In this document: positions 1-10,181 of the stretch, one piece after another
Layout: each line of letters starts with the position of its first letter
Position numbering within the stretch: position 1 is the first letter of the stretch
Origin: a candidate division WOR-3 bacterium
GTDB lineage: Bacteria; Hydrothermota; Tepidihabitantia; Tepidihabitantales; CAIPLT01
Direction: 5' to 3'
DNA length: 64,000 nt
Assembly (NCBI GenBank): GCA_039801505.1
Contig: JBDRUV010000005.1
Location: forward strand, 19,247 to 83,246
Translations under genes and position numbers: made by a program
Notes under the pieces: generated by a model
Told to the model about the DNA's origin: nothing
Databases searched by the model: none
The model's input: only the letters and a program-made list of their open reading frames with translations

Positions 1-1507
1 CTTCTTCGCGCGAAATTTTTATATGTTGATTGTCAAATTTCCATTCTAACTCTGTAAGATTATGCTCAGAGATGAGTTTCACTAGTTCCCGAATAAGTTC
101 TATTCCGGTTTTGTTTTCTAATTTCATATTTGATACCTCATGTTTTTCATTACCATCCTCAATAACATTTGAGGGATTTTCTCGATACTCAAAAAATTTT
201 ATTGCCTGTTCGGGAAACAATGCATATGTGATAAGATCTTCATCTTTTTTTATATACTTAGGATCTAACTCTTCTTGGGCTTTGGGTAAAATTGGTTCTA
301 AAAGATCTGCCGGGCGAAAATCAATTGGCTGCTCTCGACCTAATATTTTTTTTCGAAGGGATTCTTTAATCGGAACGGGGGGTCGGCCATACAACCCACG
401 CACATAATCTTTAACTTCGTTAGGAATAATTTTATACGGCTCACCCGATAGGACATTTAATACGGCTTGAACTCCCACGATCTGGCTTGTGGGTGTAACT
501 AGTGGTGGATAGCCCAAATCCTTACGTACCTTGGGAACTTCGGCTAATACTTCTTCTAGACGATCAAGCGCATTCTGTTCTTTTAATTGAGCAATCAAAT
601 TTGAAGTCATACCCCCAGGTATTTGATGAATTATAACGCTCTCATCAACTAGCCGGTCGTATTTAATGCCCTTTTTCTCTTTGACTTCATTAAAATAGTC
701 AGTGACCTCTTCTACTAACCGAGTATTAATTTGAGGAGTATATGCTGTATCACTGAGCATGGCAATTATAGACTCTACAGCTGGAAGTGATGTGCCAAAT
801 GCCAACGGGGCATGGGCAGTATCTATAATATCAGCCCCAGCTTCAATTGCCTTTAAATAACTAGCTACAGCCATTCCGCTGGAAGCATGTGAATGAATTT
901 GAATTGGTAGTTTAACTTCATTCTTTAGTTCTCGTATCAAATTATATGCAGCAGTTGGAGTAATAATTCCAGCCATATCCTTGATACAAATACTGTCAAC
1001 TCCAAGATCTTTAAGTTGTTGAGCAAATTTTATAAAGTATTCAATGGTATGGACTGGACTTACAGTGTAACACAAAGCGCCCTGGGCATGTTTTTGGTAT
1101 TTCTTAACAAATTTAATCGCCGCCTCAACATTTCGAGGATCATTAAGAGCATCAAATATTCTAAAGATATCAATACCACGTTCGGAAGCTTTTTCAATAA
1201 ACATTTCTAAAAGATCATCCGGATAATTTCGATATCCGACAATATTTTGACCTCTTAAGAGCATTTGAAGCTTGGTTTTTTTTATATATTGGCGAATTGT
1301 GCTTAATCGTTCCCAAGGGTCTTCCATTAGGTAACGAATGCAAACATCAAAAGTCGCTCCTCCCCAAACTTCTAGCGACCAATATCCAATTTCATCTAAT
1401 TTACTGAGAATCGGCAATGTCTCTTCTAATTTTAGCCGCGTTGCCCACAACGACTGATGAGCATCTCTTAAGGTTGTGTCAGTGATTTTAATTGGTTTTC
1501 CGACCAT
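1..1507 (-). CDS. Oxaloacetate decarboxylase alpha / pyruvate carboxylase subunit B-like carboxyltransferase (5S subunit), 3' part beyond the window edge
   Basis: Reverse-strand translation from the ATG at 1507..1505 gives MVGKPIKITDTTLRDAHQSLWATR, the conserved N-terminus of the OadA/PycB HMGL-like carboxyltransferase domain. The open frame runs to position 1. The ORF track does not list it because it leaves the window. Confidence 0.75.
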   Translation of the reverse strand, partial: MVGKPIKITDTTLRDAHQSLWATRLKLEETLPILSKLDEIGYWSLEVWGGATFDVCIRYLMEDPWERLSTIRQYIKKTKLQMLLRGQNIVGYRNYPDDLLEMFIEKASERGIDIFRIFDALNDPRNVEAAIKFVKKYQKHAQGALCYTVSPVHTIEYFIKFAQQLKDLGVDSICIKDMAGIITPTAAYNLIRELKNEVKLPIQIHSHASSGMAVASYLKAIEAGADIIDTAHAPLAFGTSLPAVESIIAMLSDTAYTPQINTRLVEEVTDYFNEVKEKKGIKYDRLVDESVIIHQIPGGMTSNLIAQLKEQNALDRLEEVLAEVPKVRKDLGYPPLVTPTSQIVGVQAVLNVLSGEPYKIIPNEVKDYVRGLYGRPPVPIKESLRKKILGREQPIDFRPADLLEPILPKAQEELDPKYIKKDEDLITYALFPEQAIKFFEYRENPSNVIEDGNEKHEVSNMKLENKTGIELIRELVKLISEHNLTELEWKFDNQHIKISREE

Positions 1508-2873
1508 ATCTGGTTATTAATTTTTCTACAATTGTTTCCATTTTCATAGCCCTTGAGCCTTTAATAAGTATTTTATCATTATTTTTGAAGATGTCAACTA
1601 AATTATTGTAAACATCATTTAAATCACAGCATTTATAGATTTGTAATGCTAAATTTTTTTTCTGGGCTTCCTGACCAATATAGTGTGCGTATTTACCAAC
1701 GGTTACTAAAATATCAATTCCGTTAGGAAACTCTTTTCCAACCAGTTGATGCAAAGAAATTGTTTGAGCACCAAGCTCACACATATCGCCCAATACCGCA
1801 ATTTTTCGTCCTGATGTGGAAAAATTTGAGAAAGCAAAAAGTGCTGCAAGCATCGATTGGGGATTGGCATTATATGCGTCATTAAATATTGTTATGCCAT
1901 TTAATAAAGTTATCTTTTCCATGCGCATACTGGGTGGTATAAAATTAGCGAGATTATCAACCATATCAGAAATTTTTAGATCTAAAAGAACCCCGACGCC
2001 AATTGCCGCTAAGGCGTTATAGATATTATATATGCCCGGAATTTTTAGCCGTAAGAAATATTTACCGTTAATTAAACATTCAATGCCGTCTTCAGATAAC
2101 GACATAATCCTTTCAGCCCATAAGTCACCTTTTTTACTTTTAATTCCAAAAAATAACTTTTTATAAAAACGAAACGGCCGTGCAATTTTAACAACCCATG
2201 GGTCATCGCGATTTAATACAACAGAACCATGCTCACTAATTACTTCTAATAGTTCCTGTTTTTCTTTTGCGACACCCTGGCGGTCTTTTAGAAATTCTAA
2301 ATGGGTGTCACCGATGTTAGTAATTACTCCGATCTCAGGCATCGCAATTTGGGCAAGTTTTGTTATACCACCTGGTTCGTTCATTTCCATTTCTAAAACT
2401 ACAATTTCTGTTTCGGGACGAATCTGAAACAAAGTCAAGGGGACTCCAATGTCGTTATTAAAACTGTTAGGCGCTTTTACTACTTGAAAATTTTGAGCTA
2501 AAATATGAGCGGCCATTTCCTTTGTCGTTGTTTTGCCGTTACTTCCGCTTATTGCTATTACCCTGACTGGAAATTTTTGACGGTAATAACTAGCAAGCTG
2601 TAATAATGCATCCTTGGTATTAGATACCAGAATAACGTTAGTTGCTTGCTCTAAAGTATTTTCTATTTTATGAACAATTATCGTCTCTGCTCCTCTGTTT
2701 ATAGCATCAGTAATGAACTGATGACCATCAAATTGTTTACCTAAAATTGCGATAAAGGCGTCTTTTTTCTTTATAGTTCTTGAATCGATGCTAATATTAG
2801 TAACAATTGCGTTCGGATTTCCTCTGATAAGTTTTCCCTGGGTTGCTTCAAGAATTTCGCTAACTGTAAACAT
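1488..2873 (-). CDS. murF: UDP-N-acetylmuramoyl-tripeptide--D-alanyl-D-alanine ligase
   Basis: 461 aa with Mur ligase motifs (GSNGKTTT P-loop, central and C-terminal Mur ligase domains). 12-nt overlap with the upstream gene. Confidence 0.85.
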   Translation of the reverse strand: MFTVSEILEATQGKLIRGNPNAIVTNISIDSRTIKKKDAFIAILGKQFDGHQFITDAINRGAETIIVHKIENTLEQATNVILVSNTKDALLQLASYYRQKFPVRVIAISGSNGKTTTKEMAAHILAQNFQVVKAPNSFNNDIGVPLTLFQIRPETEIVVLEMEMNEPGGITKLAQIAMPEIGVITNIGDTHLEFLKDRQGVAKEKQELLEVISEHGSVVLNRDDPWVVKIARPFRFYKKLFFGIKSKKGDLWAERIMSLSEDGIECLINGKYFLRLKIPGIYNIYNALAAIGVGVLLDLKISDMVDNLANFIPPSMRMEKITLLNGITIFNDAYNANPQSMLAALFAFSNFSTSGRKIAVLGDMCELGAQTISLHQLVGKEFPNGIDILVTVGKYAHYIGQEAQKKNLALQIYKCCDLNDVYNNLVDIFKNNDKILIKGSRAMKMETIVEKLITRYGRKTN

Positions 2874-2876
2874 CTT

Positions 2877-3863
2877 TTATTGCCCTAAGTTTTCTTTTTT
2901 GTATTTGTAAGCCGCCTTTTTAAGACGTTCCATTATCGCCCGCCCCAGACCAATTTCTTTTATCTTTTGGGCATATATTACATCTAAATTAGATTCATCA
3001 AGTCGATGGAGCGCTTCGAATAAATTAGCTGCGGCTTCCACATAGTTACCATTTTTCGAGAGGACTTCTATTTTATGAAAACCGTTGATTTTCGAAGGCA
3101 TTCGAAAAGCCAAAAGTCCGGCTCTTTTTGTAAAATCGATCCTGGTCCGGTTGTTTAGTATTACAATTGGGGTTTTAGGCGCATAATGCTTCAGCAGTGT
3201 ACCCGGAGAAAGCGGCTGGACAGATTTTTTTATTGTTTTTACCCTGCCAATCACATTTTCAATTTCTTCCTGCGGTAGCGCACCATGCCGTAAAATCACC
3301 GCGTCATTGTTTTCAAAATAAACCACAGTGGATTCAATTCCCCAATTACATTTTCCGCCGTCAATAATTAACTCAATTTTTCCAGATAGTTGTTTTGCAA
3401 CATGCTCAGCAGTTGTGGGACTTAAATAGCCAAATTTATTAGCACTTGGGGCAGCAATCGGTACTTGGGCTTTTTTTATTATTGCCTGGGTCACGCGATG
3501 GGCCGGCATGCGGATTGCAACGCTCGGTAGTCCAGCAGTAACAATTTCAGGTACCTTAGATGTTTTGGGTAAGACTACCGTTAACGGCCCAGGCCAAAAT
3601 TTATCGATAAGTTTTTGGGCCTTGGGTGGGCAGGTCTTTACTAAAAGTTCAAGGTCAGATAACTTGGCAATATGTACAATTATGGGATCAAAATGAGGTC
3701 GATTTTTAACCTTAAAGATTTTAGCTACCGCATAAGGATTAAATGCAGAGGCCCCTAGACCATAAACCGTCTCGGTGGGAAAAGCCACAAGACCACCCTG
3801 GCGAATAATTGCCGCAGCTTGAGTAATTGCCCTGGGAGTTGGTGGTAAAATTTGCGTCTTCAT
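2877..3863 (-). CDS. L-threonylcarbamoyladenylate synthase (Sua5/YwlC-type TsaC with C-terminal Sua5 domain)
   Basis: 328 aa with the YrdC/Sua5 fold N-terminus (VAFPTETVYGLGA) and a C-terminal Sua5 extension. Confidence 0.8.
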   Translation of the reverse strand: MKTQILPPTPRAITQAAAIIRQGGLVAFPTETVYGLGASAFNPYAVAKIFKVKNRPHFDPIIVHIAKLSDLELLVKTCPPKAQKLIDKFWPGPLTVVLPKTSKVPEIVTAGLPSVAIRMPAHRVTQAIIKKAQVPIAAPSANKFGYLSPTTAEHVAKQLSGKIELIIDGGKCNWGIESTVVYFENNDAVILRHGALPQEEIENVIGRVKTIKKSVQPLSPGTLLKHYAPKTPIVILNNRTRIDFTKRAGLLAFRMPSKINGFHKIEVLSKNGNYVEAAANLFEALHRLDESNLDVIYAQKIKEIGLGRAIMERLKKAAYKYKKENLGQ

Positions 3864-3878
3864 AGGTCGTGTCTTTAA

Positions 3879-4901
3879 CTAATAAATAAACATTGCATCG
3901 CCAAAGCTATAAAATCGGAATCGATTACGAATAGCATAATCGTAAGCCTGAAACACATATTCCATAGGAGCAAATGCGCAGATAAGCATTAAGAGGGTCG
4001 ATTTTGGCAGGTGGAAGTTAGTTATTAACGCGTCAACGATTTTAAATTCGTAGCCTGGATAAATGAATAAATTCGTAAAACCTTTGTTGGGTACTACCTG
4101 CCAAGTATTATTTCTTCGGACCTGAGCCTGGGCTTCTAGGGCTCGGACAACCGTAGTGCCAACCGCGATGACTCTGCGGCCTTCCAGTTTGGCTTGGTTT
4201 ATCCTCTGGGCGACATCTTCAGTAATTTCTAACTCTTCTTCATACATTGTATGATCTTCAACTCGCTCTACTTTTACCGGGCGAAAAGTTCCCAAACTGG
4301 CATGCAATGTAATTTTTAGTATTTCCACACCGTGTTCTTCTATCTTTTCTAAAAGTTCGGAGGTAAAATGTAACCCGGCAGTTGGGGCCGCAACTGCACC
4401 ATTGCGCTGGGCATAAACAGTTTGGTAACGCTCGAGATCAACTGCGGAATTTTTTATATAGGGGGGTAGCGCAATCATTCCTTCTTTTTTTATTAATTCC
4501 TCAGCCTCAGCGCCAATAAATTCCACGATTCGAATTCCAGAGGGCTTTAGTTCTATTACTCTAACTTCACCGGTTTTAAATTTTACAATGACTCCGGGTT
4601 TTAATTTTTTAGCTGGGCGCGCTAACGCTTCCCAAATGTTTTTTTTGACTTTTCTAATCAATAAAAACTCAACTTGTTTGCCATCTAGATTACCATAAAT
4701 TCGGGCTGGAATTACCCGAGTTTGATTTAACACCAAGACATCGCCATTATTTAAATAACCAATTAAATTCCGGAAAATTCCTTCAGCGATTTTGCCGGTT
4801 TTCCGTTCCAATACTAATAATCGGGATTCATCACGCTTTGGGGCCGGTTCTTGGGCGATCAGCTCTTTGGGTAATTCGTAGTCGAATTCCTTGACAAGCA
4901 T
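3879..4901 (-). CDS. queA: S-adenosylmethionine:tRNA ribosyltransferase-isomerase
   Basis: 340 aa with full-length similarity to QueA (LPPYI, AAPTAGLHF motifs). Confidence 0.9.
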   Translation of the reverse strand: MLVKEFDYELPKELIAQEPAPKRDESRLLVLERKTGKIAEGIFRNLIGYLNNGDVLVLNQTRVIPARIYGNLDGKQVEFLLIRKVKKNIWEALARPAKKLKPGVIVKFKTGEVRVIELKPSGIRIVEFIGAEAEELIKKEGMIALPPYIKNSAVDLERYQTVYAQRNGAVAAPTAGLHFTSELLEKIEEHGVEILKITLHASLGTFRPVKVERVEDHTMYEEELEITEDVAQRINQAKLEGRRVIAVGTTVVRALEAQAQVRRNNTWQVVPNKGFTNLFIYPGYEFKIVDALITNFHLPKSTLLMLICAFAPMEYVFQAYDYAIRNRFRFYSFGDAMFIY

Positions 4902-5080
4902 ACAAATATAGCATAAAGAAATTATTACTAATCGTCAAGAAAGACCGAAGGTCGGTTTGTTTAAAACAAACTCAGACAAATCTTTATGGTGAAATGTTAC
5001 TTATAAATAACATTTTTTATCTTAGATTTTTCCGTATAATGTCTTAAGAATCAGATAGTTAGCCGATTTAGGCTTAGAAT

Positions 5081-5104
5081 GACCGTACCGTCCCCTGGAC
5101 GGTC
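5081..5104. repeat. GC-rich palindromic intergenic element, copy A (GACCGTACCGTCCCCTGGACGGTC)
   Basis: Member of the CCCCTGGACCGTAGGGG / GGGGATGGTC motif family described in the findings. Confidence 0.5.
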
Positions 5105-5364
5105 TAAATAAAATAATCTCTTGTCTTTTTTGTGGCAGGTTTTCTGCCGGCTTCTGGTAATTAAGCTTGGTTATTAGCCGGCCTGTGGTTGATGAGCCGG
5201 CAGAAAATAGCAGGTTTATAAGCCAAAACCTATGTGTGATAGGTGTTGTGCCGATAGAGTAATCGTGTTTAGCTTGCAAGAATAAATTGTAGATTATCGG
5301 TGGTAATTTCAGGCACGATAAATGGATTTTTAAATTAATCTTGGCTGTCACCAATTAGTCGCTG

Positions 5365-5393
5365 TTGAAATATCTTGAATATCGGTCTATAAT
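5365..5393 (+). promoter_or_regulatory. sigma70-type promoter TTGAAA-N17-TATAAT, 10 nt upstream of the uvrA ATG (leaderless arrangement)
   Basis: TTGAAA at 5365-5370 and TATAAT at 5388-5393. The ATG (MVNDF...) is at 5404. Confidence 0.5.
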
Positions 5394-5403
5394 AAAATAT
5401 TGT

Positions 5404-8223
5404 ATGGTGAATGATTTTATTGTGATCAAGGGTGCCCGTGTCCACAATCTCAAAAACATTACGGTTAAGATTCCTCGCAATAAACTGGTAGTGATTACAG
5501 GGATTTCCGGTTCGGGCAAATCATCATTGGCCTTTGATACAATTTATGCTGAGGGACAGCGTCGTTATATTGAATCTCTCTCAGCATATGCTCGGCAATT
5601 TTTAGGGATGCTTGACAAACCGGATGTTGATTACATTACTGGACTTTCCCCAGCAATTGCGATTGAACAACGAACTGCAGCAAAAAATCCACGTTCGACA
5701 GTTGCTACTGTGACTGAGATCTATGATTATCTTCGGGTGCTATTTGCCCGGATTGGTAAGCCCTATTGCCCCAATTGTCAGAAGCCAATAAGTTCTCAGG
5801 GCGTGGACTCGATTGTTGATACGGTACTTTCCTTATCCGATAATAAACGAGTTGCTATTTTAGCCCCGATTGTCCGGGGTCGAAAAGGTGAATACCGGGA
5901 TCTAATTGATAAGGTTAGGCGGAAAGGCTATCTCCGAGTACGCGTTGATGGTACTATTTACGACATAGAGACAGTTCCCAGTTTAGAAAAGTATAAAAAG
6001 CATAATATCGAAATTGTAATTGACCGGATAAGTATTCTTAAAGAAAATCGGCCAGAACCAGAAATTGTAAGTCTGCGCAAACGGATTGCTGATTCTGTGG
6101 AGCTAGCCTTAAAAGAGAGTGGCGGACTAATTGCGATTTCAGAAATTGATGAAACCGGCCAAACTACCAAAGAAGACCGAATCTTTTCTACAGCTTTTGC
6201 CTGTGTGGACTGTGGCTTTAGCTACGGCGAGATCTCACCGCGGCTTTTCTCGTTTAATGCCCCATATGGAGCGTGCCCGGTTTGTCATGGCTTAGGAATA
6301 AAAATGGAGGTCGACGAGGAACGCATTATTGCCAATCCGGACTTAAGTATCGTTGACGGTGCGATTGCCTCGTGGGGTGAGGTTACTAGTGAATGGTTTT
6401 TAGAGGAATTAGAAGAATTGGCTCGAAACTACAATTTTGATCTAAAGACCCCATGGAAAAAACTACCCAAGACCGTTAAAAATATTATAATATACGGTCC
6501 CGATGATGGATCATTTGAAGGTGTCGCACCACATATTATGAGACTTTATAATGAGACAGAATCAGATGCGGTACGGGAATGGGCTGAAAGATTTATGTCG
6601 GTGCTACCCTGTCCGACTTGTCAAGGTTCAAGACTTAAAGCTGAGGCGTTAGCCGTAAAGATTAATGAATTAAATATCGCTGACATTACCAAGATGTCGA
6701 TAAGCGAGGCTTACGAATTCTTTACACGAAAGATTCAGCTTACTGAGAAAGAAACTCTAATTGCTAAAGAAGTCATTAAAGAAATTACCCGTCGTTTAGG
6801 ATTTTTAATTTCCGTGGGACTTGATTATCTAACCTTAGATCGCCGGACCGATACTTTAGGTGGGGGCGAAGAACAACGGGTAAGACTGGCAACGCAAATC
6901 GGTTCCGGTCTGGTGGGAGTGATTTATATTTTAGACGAACCAAGCATTGGTCTGCACCAACGGGATAATCGTAAGCTTCTCCAAACTCTGCTTCAATTGC
7001 GAGATTTAGGCAATACCGTGATCGTCGTCGAGCATGATGAAGAAACAATCCGAAATGCCGATTATGTAATTGACTTAGGACCAGGTGCTGGGGAAAACGG
7101 CGGTCGGGTTGTCGCTTCAGGTACACCCGAGGAGATTATGAAAAATCCTCGGTCTCTTACCGGTGCTTATCTTAGTGGTCAAAAGACAATTTCTCTACCT
7201 GAAATTCGGCGTAAGCCCCGAGGCGAATTTTTAATTATTAAGGGAGCTCGGGAAAATAATTTAAAAAACATCGACGTCAAAATACCTTTAGGGCTTTTTG
7301 TCTGTATTACCGGAGTTTCTGGATCTGGAAAAAGTACTTTAATATTTGATATTTTATATAATAAATTGGCTCAAATATTTTATGACTCAAAAGTCCGAGC
7401 TGGTGCCCACGATACAATTCTTAATATTGATAAGATTGATAAAGTAATTAATATTGATCAGTCACCCATCGGTCGGACACCGCGATCTAATCCGGCGACC
7501 TATACCAATGTGTTTACCCCAATTCGAGAGCTTTTTGCCCAAACCAAGGAAGCCAAAATGCGTGGTTATAAACCCGGGAGATTTTCTTTTAATGTTTATG
7601 GGGGACGTTGTGAACGGTGTCAGGGGGATGGCATAATCAAAGTCGAGATGCATTTTTTACCACCAGTTTATATTCCCTGCGAAGAATGTCGTGGACGTCG
7701 ATATAATCGGGAAACCCTAGAAGTCAAGTATAAAGGTAAAAATATTTATGAAGTTTTAGAAATGTCTGTAAATGAAGCCTGTGAATTTTTCGCTAATATT
7801 CCGCCGATCAAACGCAAACTGGAATTACTAAAAGATGTTGGCTTAGGCTATATTAAATTAGGGCAGCCGGCACCAACGCTCTCTGGGGGTGAAGCGCAGC
7901 GAGTAAAAATTTCTAAAGAACTTTCCAAAATTGGGACCGGTCGGACCTTGTATTTGCTTGATGAGCCAACTACTGGTTTACATTTTGAAGATGTGAAATT
8001 ACTTTTGAACGTGCTAAATCGTCTGGTAGAAAAAGGTAATACTGTAGTGGTTATTGAGCACAATTTAGAAGTAATTAAATGTGCTGATTGGATTATTGAT
8101 TTAGGACCTGAGGGGGGAGAGCGTGGTGGTTATATTGTAGCCGAAGGCCCCCCTGAAGAAATTATTAAAGTCAAAAATTCATATACCGGCCAGTTTTTAA
8201 AACCCTTACTGAAAAAGCGATAA
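5404..8223 (+). CDS. uvrA: Excinuclease ABC subunit A
   Basis: Two ABC ATPase modules ([20 protein letters not shown]) and zinc-finger cysteines. The true start is taken as the ATG at 5404 because the ORF-track start at 5365 lies inside the promoter hexamers. Confidence 0.95.
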   Translation: MVNDFIVIKGARVHNLKNITVKIPRNKLVVITGISGSGKSSLAFDTIYAEGQRRYIESLSAYARQFLGMLDKPDVDYITGLSPAIAIEQRTAAKNPRSTVATVTEIYDYLRVLFARIGKPYCPNCQKPISSQGVDSIVDTVLSLSDNKRVAILAPIVRGRKGEYRDLIDKVRRKGYLRVRVDGTIYDIETVPSLEKYKKHNIEIVIDRISILKENRPEPEIVSLRKRIADSVELALKESGGLIAISEIDETGQTTKEDRIFSTAFACVDCGFSYGEISPRLFSFNAPYGACPVCHGLGIKMEVDEERIIANPDLSIVDGAIASWGEVTSEWFLEELEELARNYNFDLKTPWKKLPKTVKNIIIYGPDDGSFEGVAPHIMRLYNETESDAVREWAERFMSVLPCPTCQGSRLKAEALAVKINELNIADITKMSISEAYEFFTRKIQLTEKETLIAKEVIKEITRRLGFLISVGLDYLTLDRRTDTLGGGEEQRVRLATQIGSGLVGVIYILDEPSIGLHQRDNRKLLQTLLQLRDLGNTVIVVEHDEETIRNADYVIDLGPGAGENGGRVVASGTPEEIMKNPRSLTGAYLSGQKTISLPEIRRKPRGEFLIIKGARENNLKNIDVKIPLGLFVCITGVSGSGKSTLIFDILYNKLAQIFYDSKVRAGAHDTILNIDKIDKVINIDQSPIGRTPRSNPATYTNVFTPIRELFAQTKEAKMRGYKPGRFSFNVYGGRCERCQGDGIIKVEMHFLPPVYIPCEECRGRRYNRETLEVKYKGKNIYEVLEMSVNEACEFFANIPPIKRKLELLKDVGLGYIKLGQPAPTLSGGEAQRVKISKELSKIGTGRTLYLLDEPTTGLHFEDVKLLLNVLNRLVEKGNTVVVIEHNLEVIKCADWIIDLGPEGGERGGYIVAEGPPEEIIKVKNSYTGQFLKPLLKKR

Positions 8224-9282
8224 ATGAGAGAAAAAGTATTAGTGGCGATGAGTGGTGGGGTAGATTCCACAGTCGCCGCCTTGCTACTTAAGGAAAAAGG
8301 ATATGAGGTTTTAGGGGCTACCTTAATAACGAATGGCAATACTTTAAATAACTCTCAGTGGTTAATTGAGACTAATAACCGAATATGTAATTATCTTAAA
8401 ATCCCCTTGGAAATATTTGATGTTCGCGAGTTATTTAGGAAAACTGTGATTGACGAGTTTGTAAGGAATTATCTTCTTGGTATGACCCCGAATCCTTGCA
8501 TTAGTTGCAATCGGCTTATTAAGTTTGAATTTTTACTTTCCAAGGCAAAAGAACTTGGTGCCACGAAAATTGCTACTGGACATTATGCCCAAAATATTTA
8601 TGATACTCAAAGAAAAATTTGGTTACTAAAAAAGGGTGTTGATATCCAAAAAGACCAGTCTTATTTTTTATATACCCTAAATCAAAATTTGTTACCGCAT
8701 ATTTTATTTCCCTTGGGAGATCTAACCAAAGCCGAAGTCAAAAAAGTAGCTCAAAAAGCCGGTCTGAGTGAACTTGTCCGGCCAGAAAGTCAAGATATTT
8801 GCTTTATTCTCGGTGGCGATTATATAAAGTTCATTAAAGAATATGTTAGTTACTCACCACAACCCGGGCCAATCCGTAACCGCAACGATGAGGTCATTGG
8901 ACAGCACAAAGGAATAATTTATTACACAATTGGACAACGAAAAAGGATCGGGGTTGCCAATAAGACGCCACTTTATGTCACAAAAATTGATTATAGTAAT
9001 AATACAATTTATGTTGGCGAAGCCCATGAGGTTTATAACAAAAGTTTTTTAGTATCTAATCTTAGTTTTGTTTATCTGAATAAATTAGAAAGTCCGCTAT
9101 GGGTATCTACCAAGATCCGCTACACTCATATCCCAGCCCGCGCTCAAATAATTCCCCAAAATGATGAAGTTATGGTAGTTTTTGATGAACCCCAATGGGC
9201 GATAACACCTGGTCAAGCTGCCGTTTTTTACGATCAAGACATTGTAATTGGGGGAGGAATCATAAAAAAATTGTTTTCGTAA
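8224..9282 (+). CDS. mnmA: tRNA-specific 2-thiouridylase
   Basis: PP-loop SGGVDS and the NPCISCNRLIKF catalytic cysteine motif. 352 aa. TAAATG overlap with uvrA. Confidence 0.9.
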   Translation: MREKVLVAMSGGVDSTVAALLLKEKGYEVLGATLITNGNTLNNSQWLIETNNRICNYLKIPLEIFDVRELFRKTVIDEFVRNYLLGMTPNPCISCNRLIKFEFLLSKAKELGATKIATGHYAQNIYDTQRKIWLLKKGVDIQKDQSYFLYTLNQNLLPHILFPLGDLTKAEVKKVAQKAGLSELVRPESQDICFILGGDYIKFIKEYVSYSPQPGPIRNRNDEVIGQHKGIIYYTIGQRKRIGVANKTPLYVTKIDYSNNTIYVGEAHEVYNKSFLVSNLSFVYLNKLESPLWVSTKIRYTHIPARAQIIPQNDEVMVVFDEPQWAITPGQAAVFYDQDIVIGGGIIKKLFS

Positions 9283-9296
9283 ATGTACAAATGTTG

Positions 9297-9324
9297 TTGA
9301 CAAAACAAATTTTTTTTTTATAAT
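9297..9324 (+). promoter_or_regulatory. Near-consensus sigma70 promoter TTGACA-N16-TATAAT, 8 nt upstream of the nfnA ATG (leaderless arrangement)
   Basis: TTGACA at 9297-9302 and TATAAT at 9319-9324. The ATG is at 9333. Confidence 0.5.
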
Positions 9325-9332
9325 TTAAAAAT

Positions 9333-10181
9333 ATGTTTAAAATTTTATCGACTAAAGCATTGGCTCCAAATATAAAATGTTTTGAATTTGAAGCTCCCTA
9401 TATTGCACAAAAGGCCCAGCCTGGTCAATTTGTTGTTGTGCGTATAAACGAAACGGGTGAACGAATTCCCTTGACGATCGCCGACACGAAAAAGGATCAA
9501 GGTGTAGTTATTATTGTCTTTCAAGAAGTTGGCAAAACCACTAAATTATTAGGAACGCTAAAGGCCGGCGATTACGTATTAGATTTACTAGGTCCTTTAG
9601 GTAAACCCTCGGAGATAAAATATTACGGAACAGTAGTATGTATTGGGGGTGGGGTGGGGACGCCGGAAATATATCCAATTGCTCGAGCGCTTAAAGAAAT
9701 TGGCAATAAAGTTGTTACAATTATCGGTGCCCGAACTAAAGAATTGTTGATAATGGTTGAAGAGATGCGGTCAGTCTCGGATGAATTATACATTACGACC
9801 GATGATGGCAGTTACGGCACAAAAGGACTAGTTACTGATGAATTGAAACGGTTAATTTCTCAAGGAATTAAAATTGATAAAGTTTTTGCGGTTGGCCCGG
9901 TAATAATGATGAAGGCGGTGAGTGAGACAACTCGGCCTTATAATATTCCCACTGTGGTTAGTCTTAACCCAATTATGCTCGATGCTACCGGGATGTGTGG
10001 GGTATGCCGTGTTGAGGTTGGTGGTGAGACAAAATTTGCTTGTGTCGATGGACCAGAATTCGATGGCCATCAAGTAAATTTTGATACCTTAATGATGCGG
10101 CTCAAAACCTATCTAAAAGAGGAACGCGTTTCACTTGAGCTTTTCGAAAAGCAATCACATAAATGTTGTGGGGGACAATAA
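9333..10181 (+). CDS. NfnA / sulfide dehydrogenase beta-like subunit (PyrK-like FAD/NAD-binding, 2Fe-2S)
   Basis: 282 aa with a PyrK/GltD-partner fold and C-terminal cysteines (CGVCRV...C). Immediately followed by a gltD-like gene. Confidence 0.75.
   Translation: MFKILSTKALAPNIKCFEFEAPYIAQKAQPGQFVVVRINETGERIPLTIADTKKDQGVVIIVFQEVGKTTKLLGTLKAGDYVLDLLGPLGKPSEIKYYGTVVCIGGGVGTPEIYPIARALKEIGNKVVTIIGARTKELLIMVEEMRSVSDELYITTDDGSYGTKGLVTDELKRLISQGIKIDKVFAVGPVIMMKAVSETTRPYNIPTVVSLNPIMLDATGMCGVCRVEVGGETKFACVDGPEFDGHQVNFDTLMMRLKTYLKEERVSLELFEKQSHKCCGGQ

Noticed and set aside
5022-5354. 110-aa ORF in the queA-uvrA gap, and the 61-aa ORF at 23049-23234 in the polX downstream gap.
   Set aside because: Both overlap inverted repeats or the GC-rich repeat element. 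They have low-complexity sequence, no Shine-Dalgarno site or promoter, and resemble no known family. They are most likely non-coding.
5300-5400. LexA/SOS operator upstream of uvrA.
   Set aside because: Neither CTGT-N8-ACAG nor CGAACRNRYGTTCG-type palindromes are present around the uvrA promoter.
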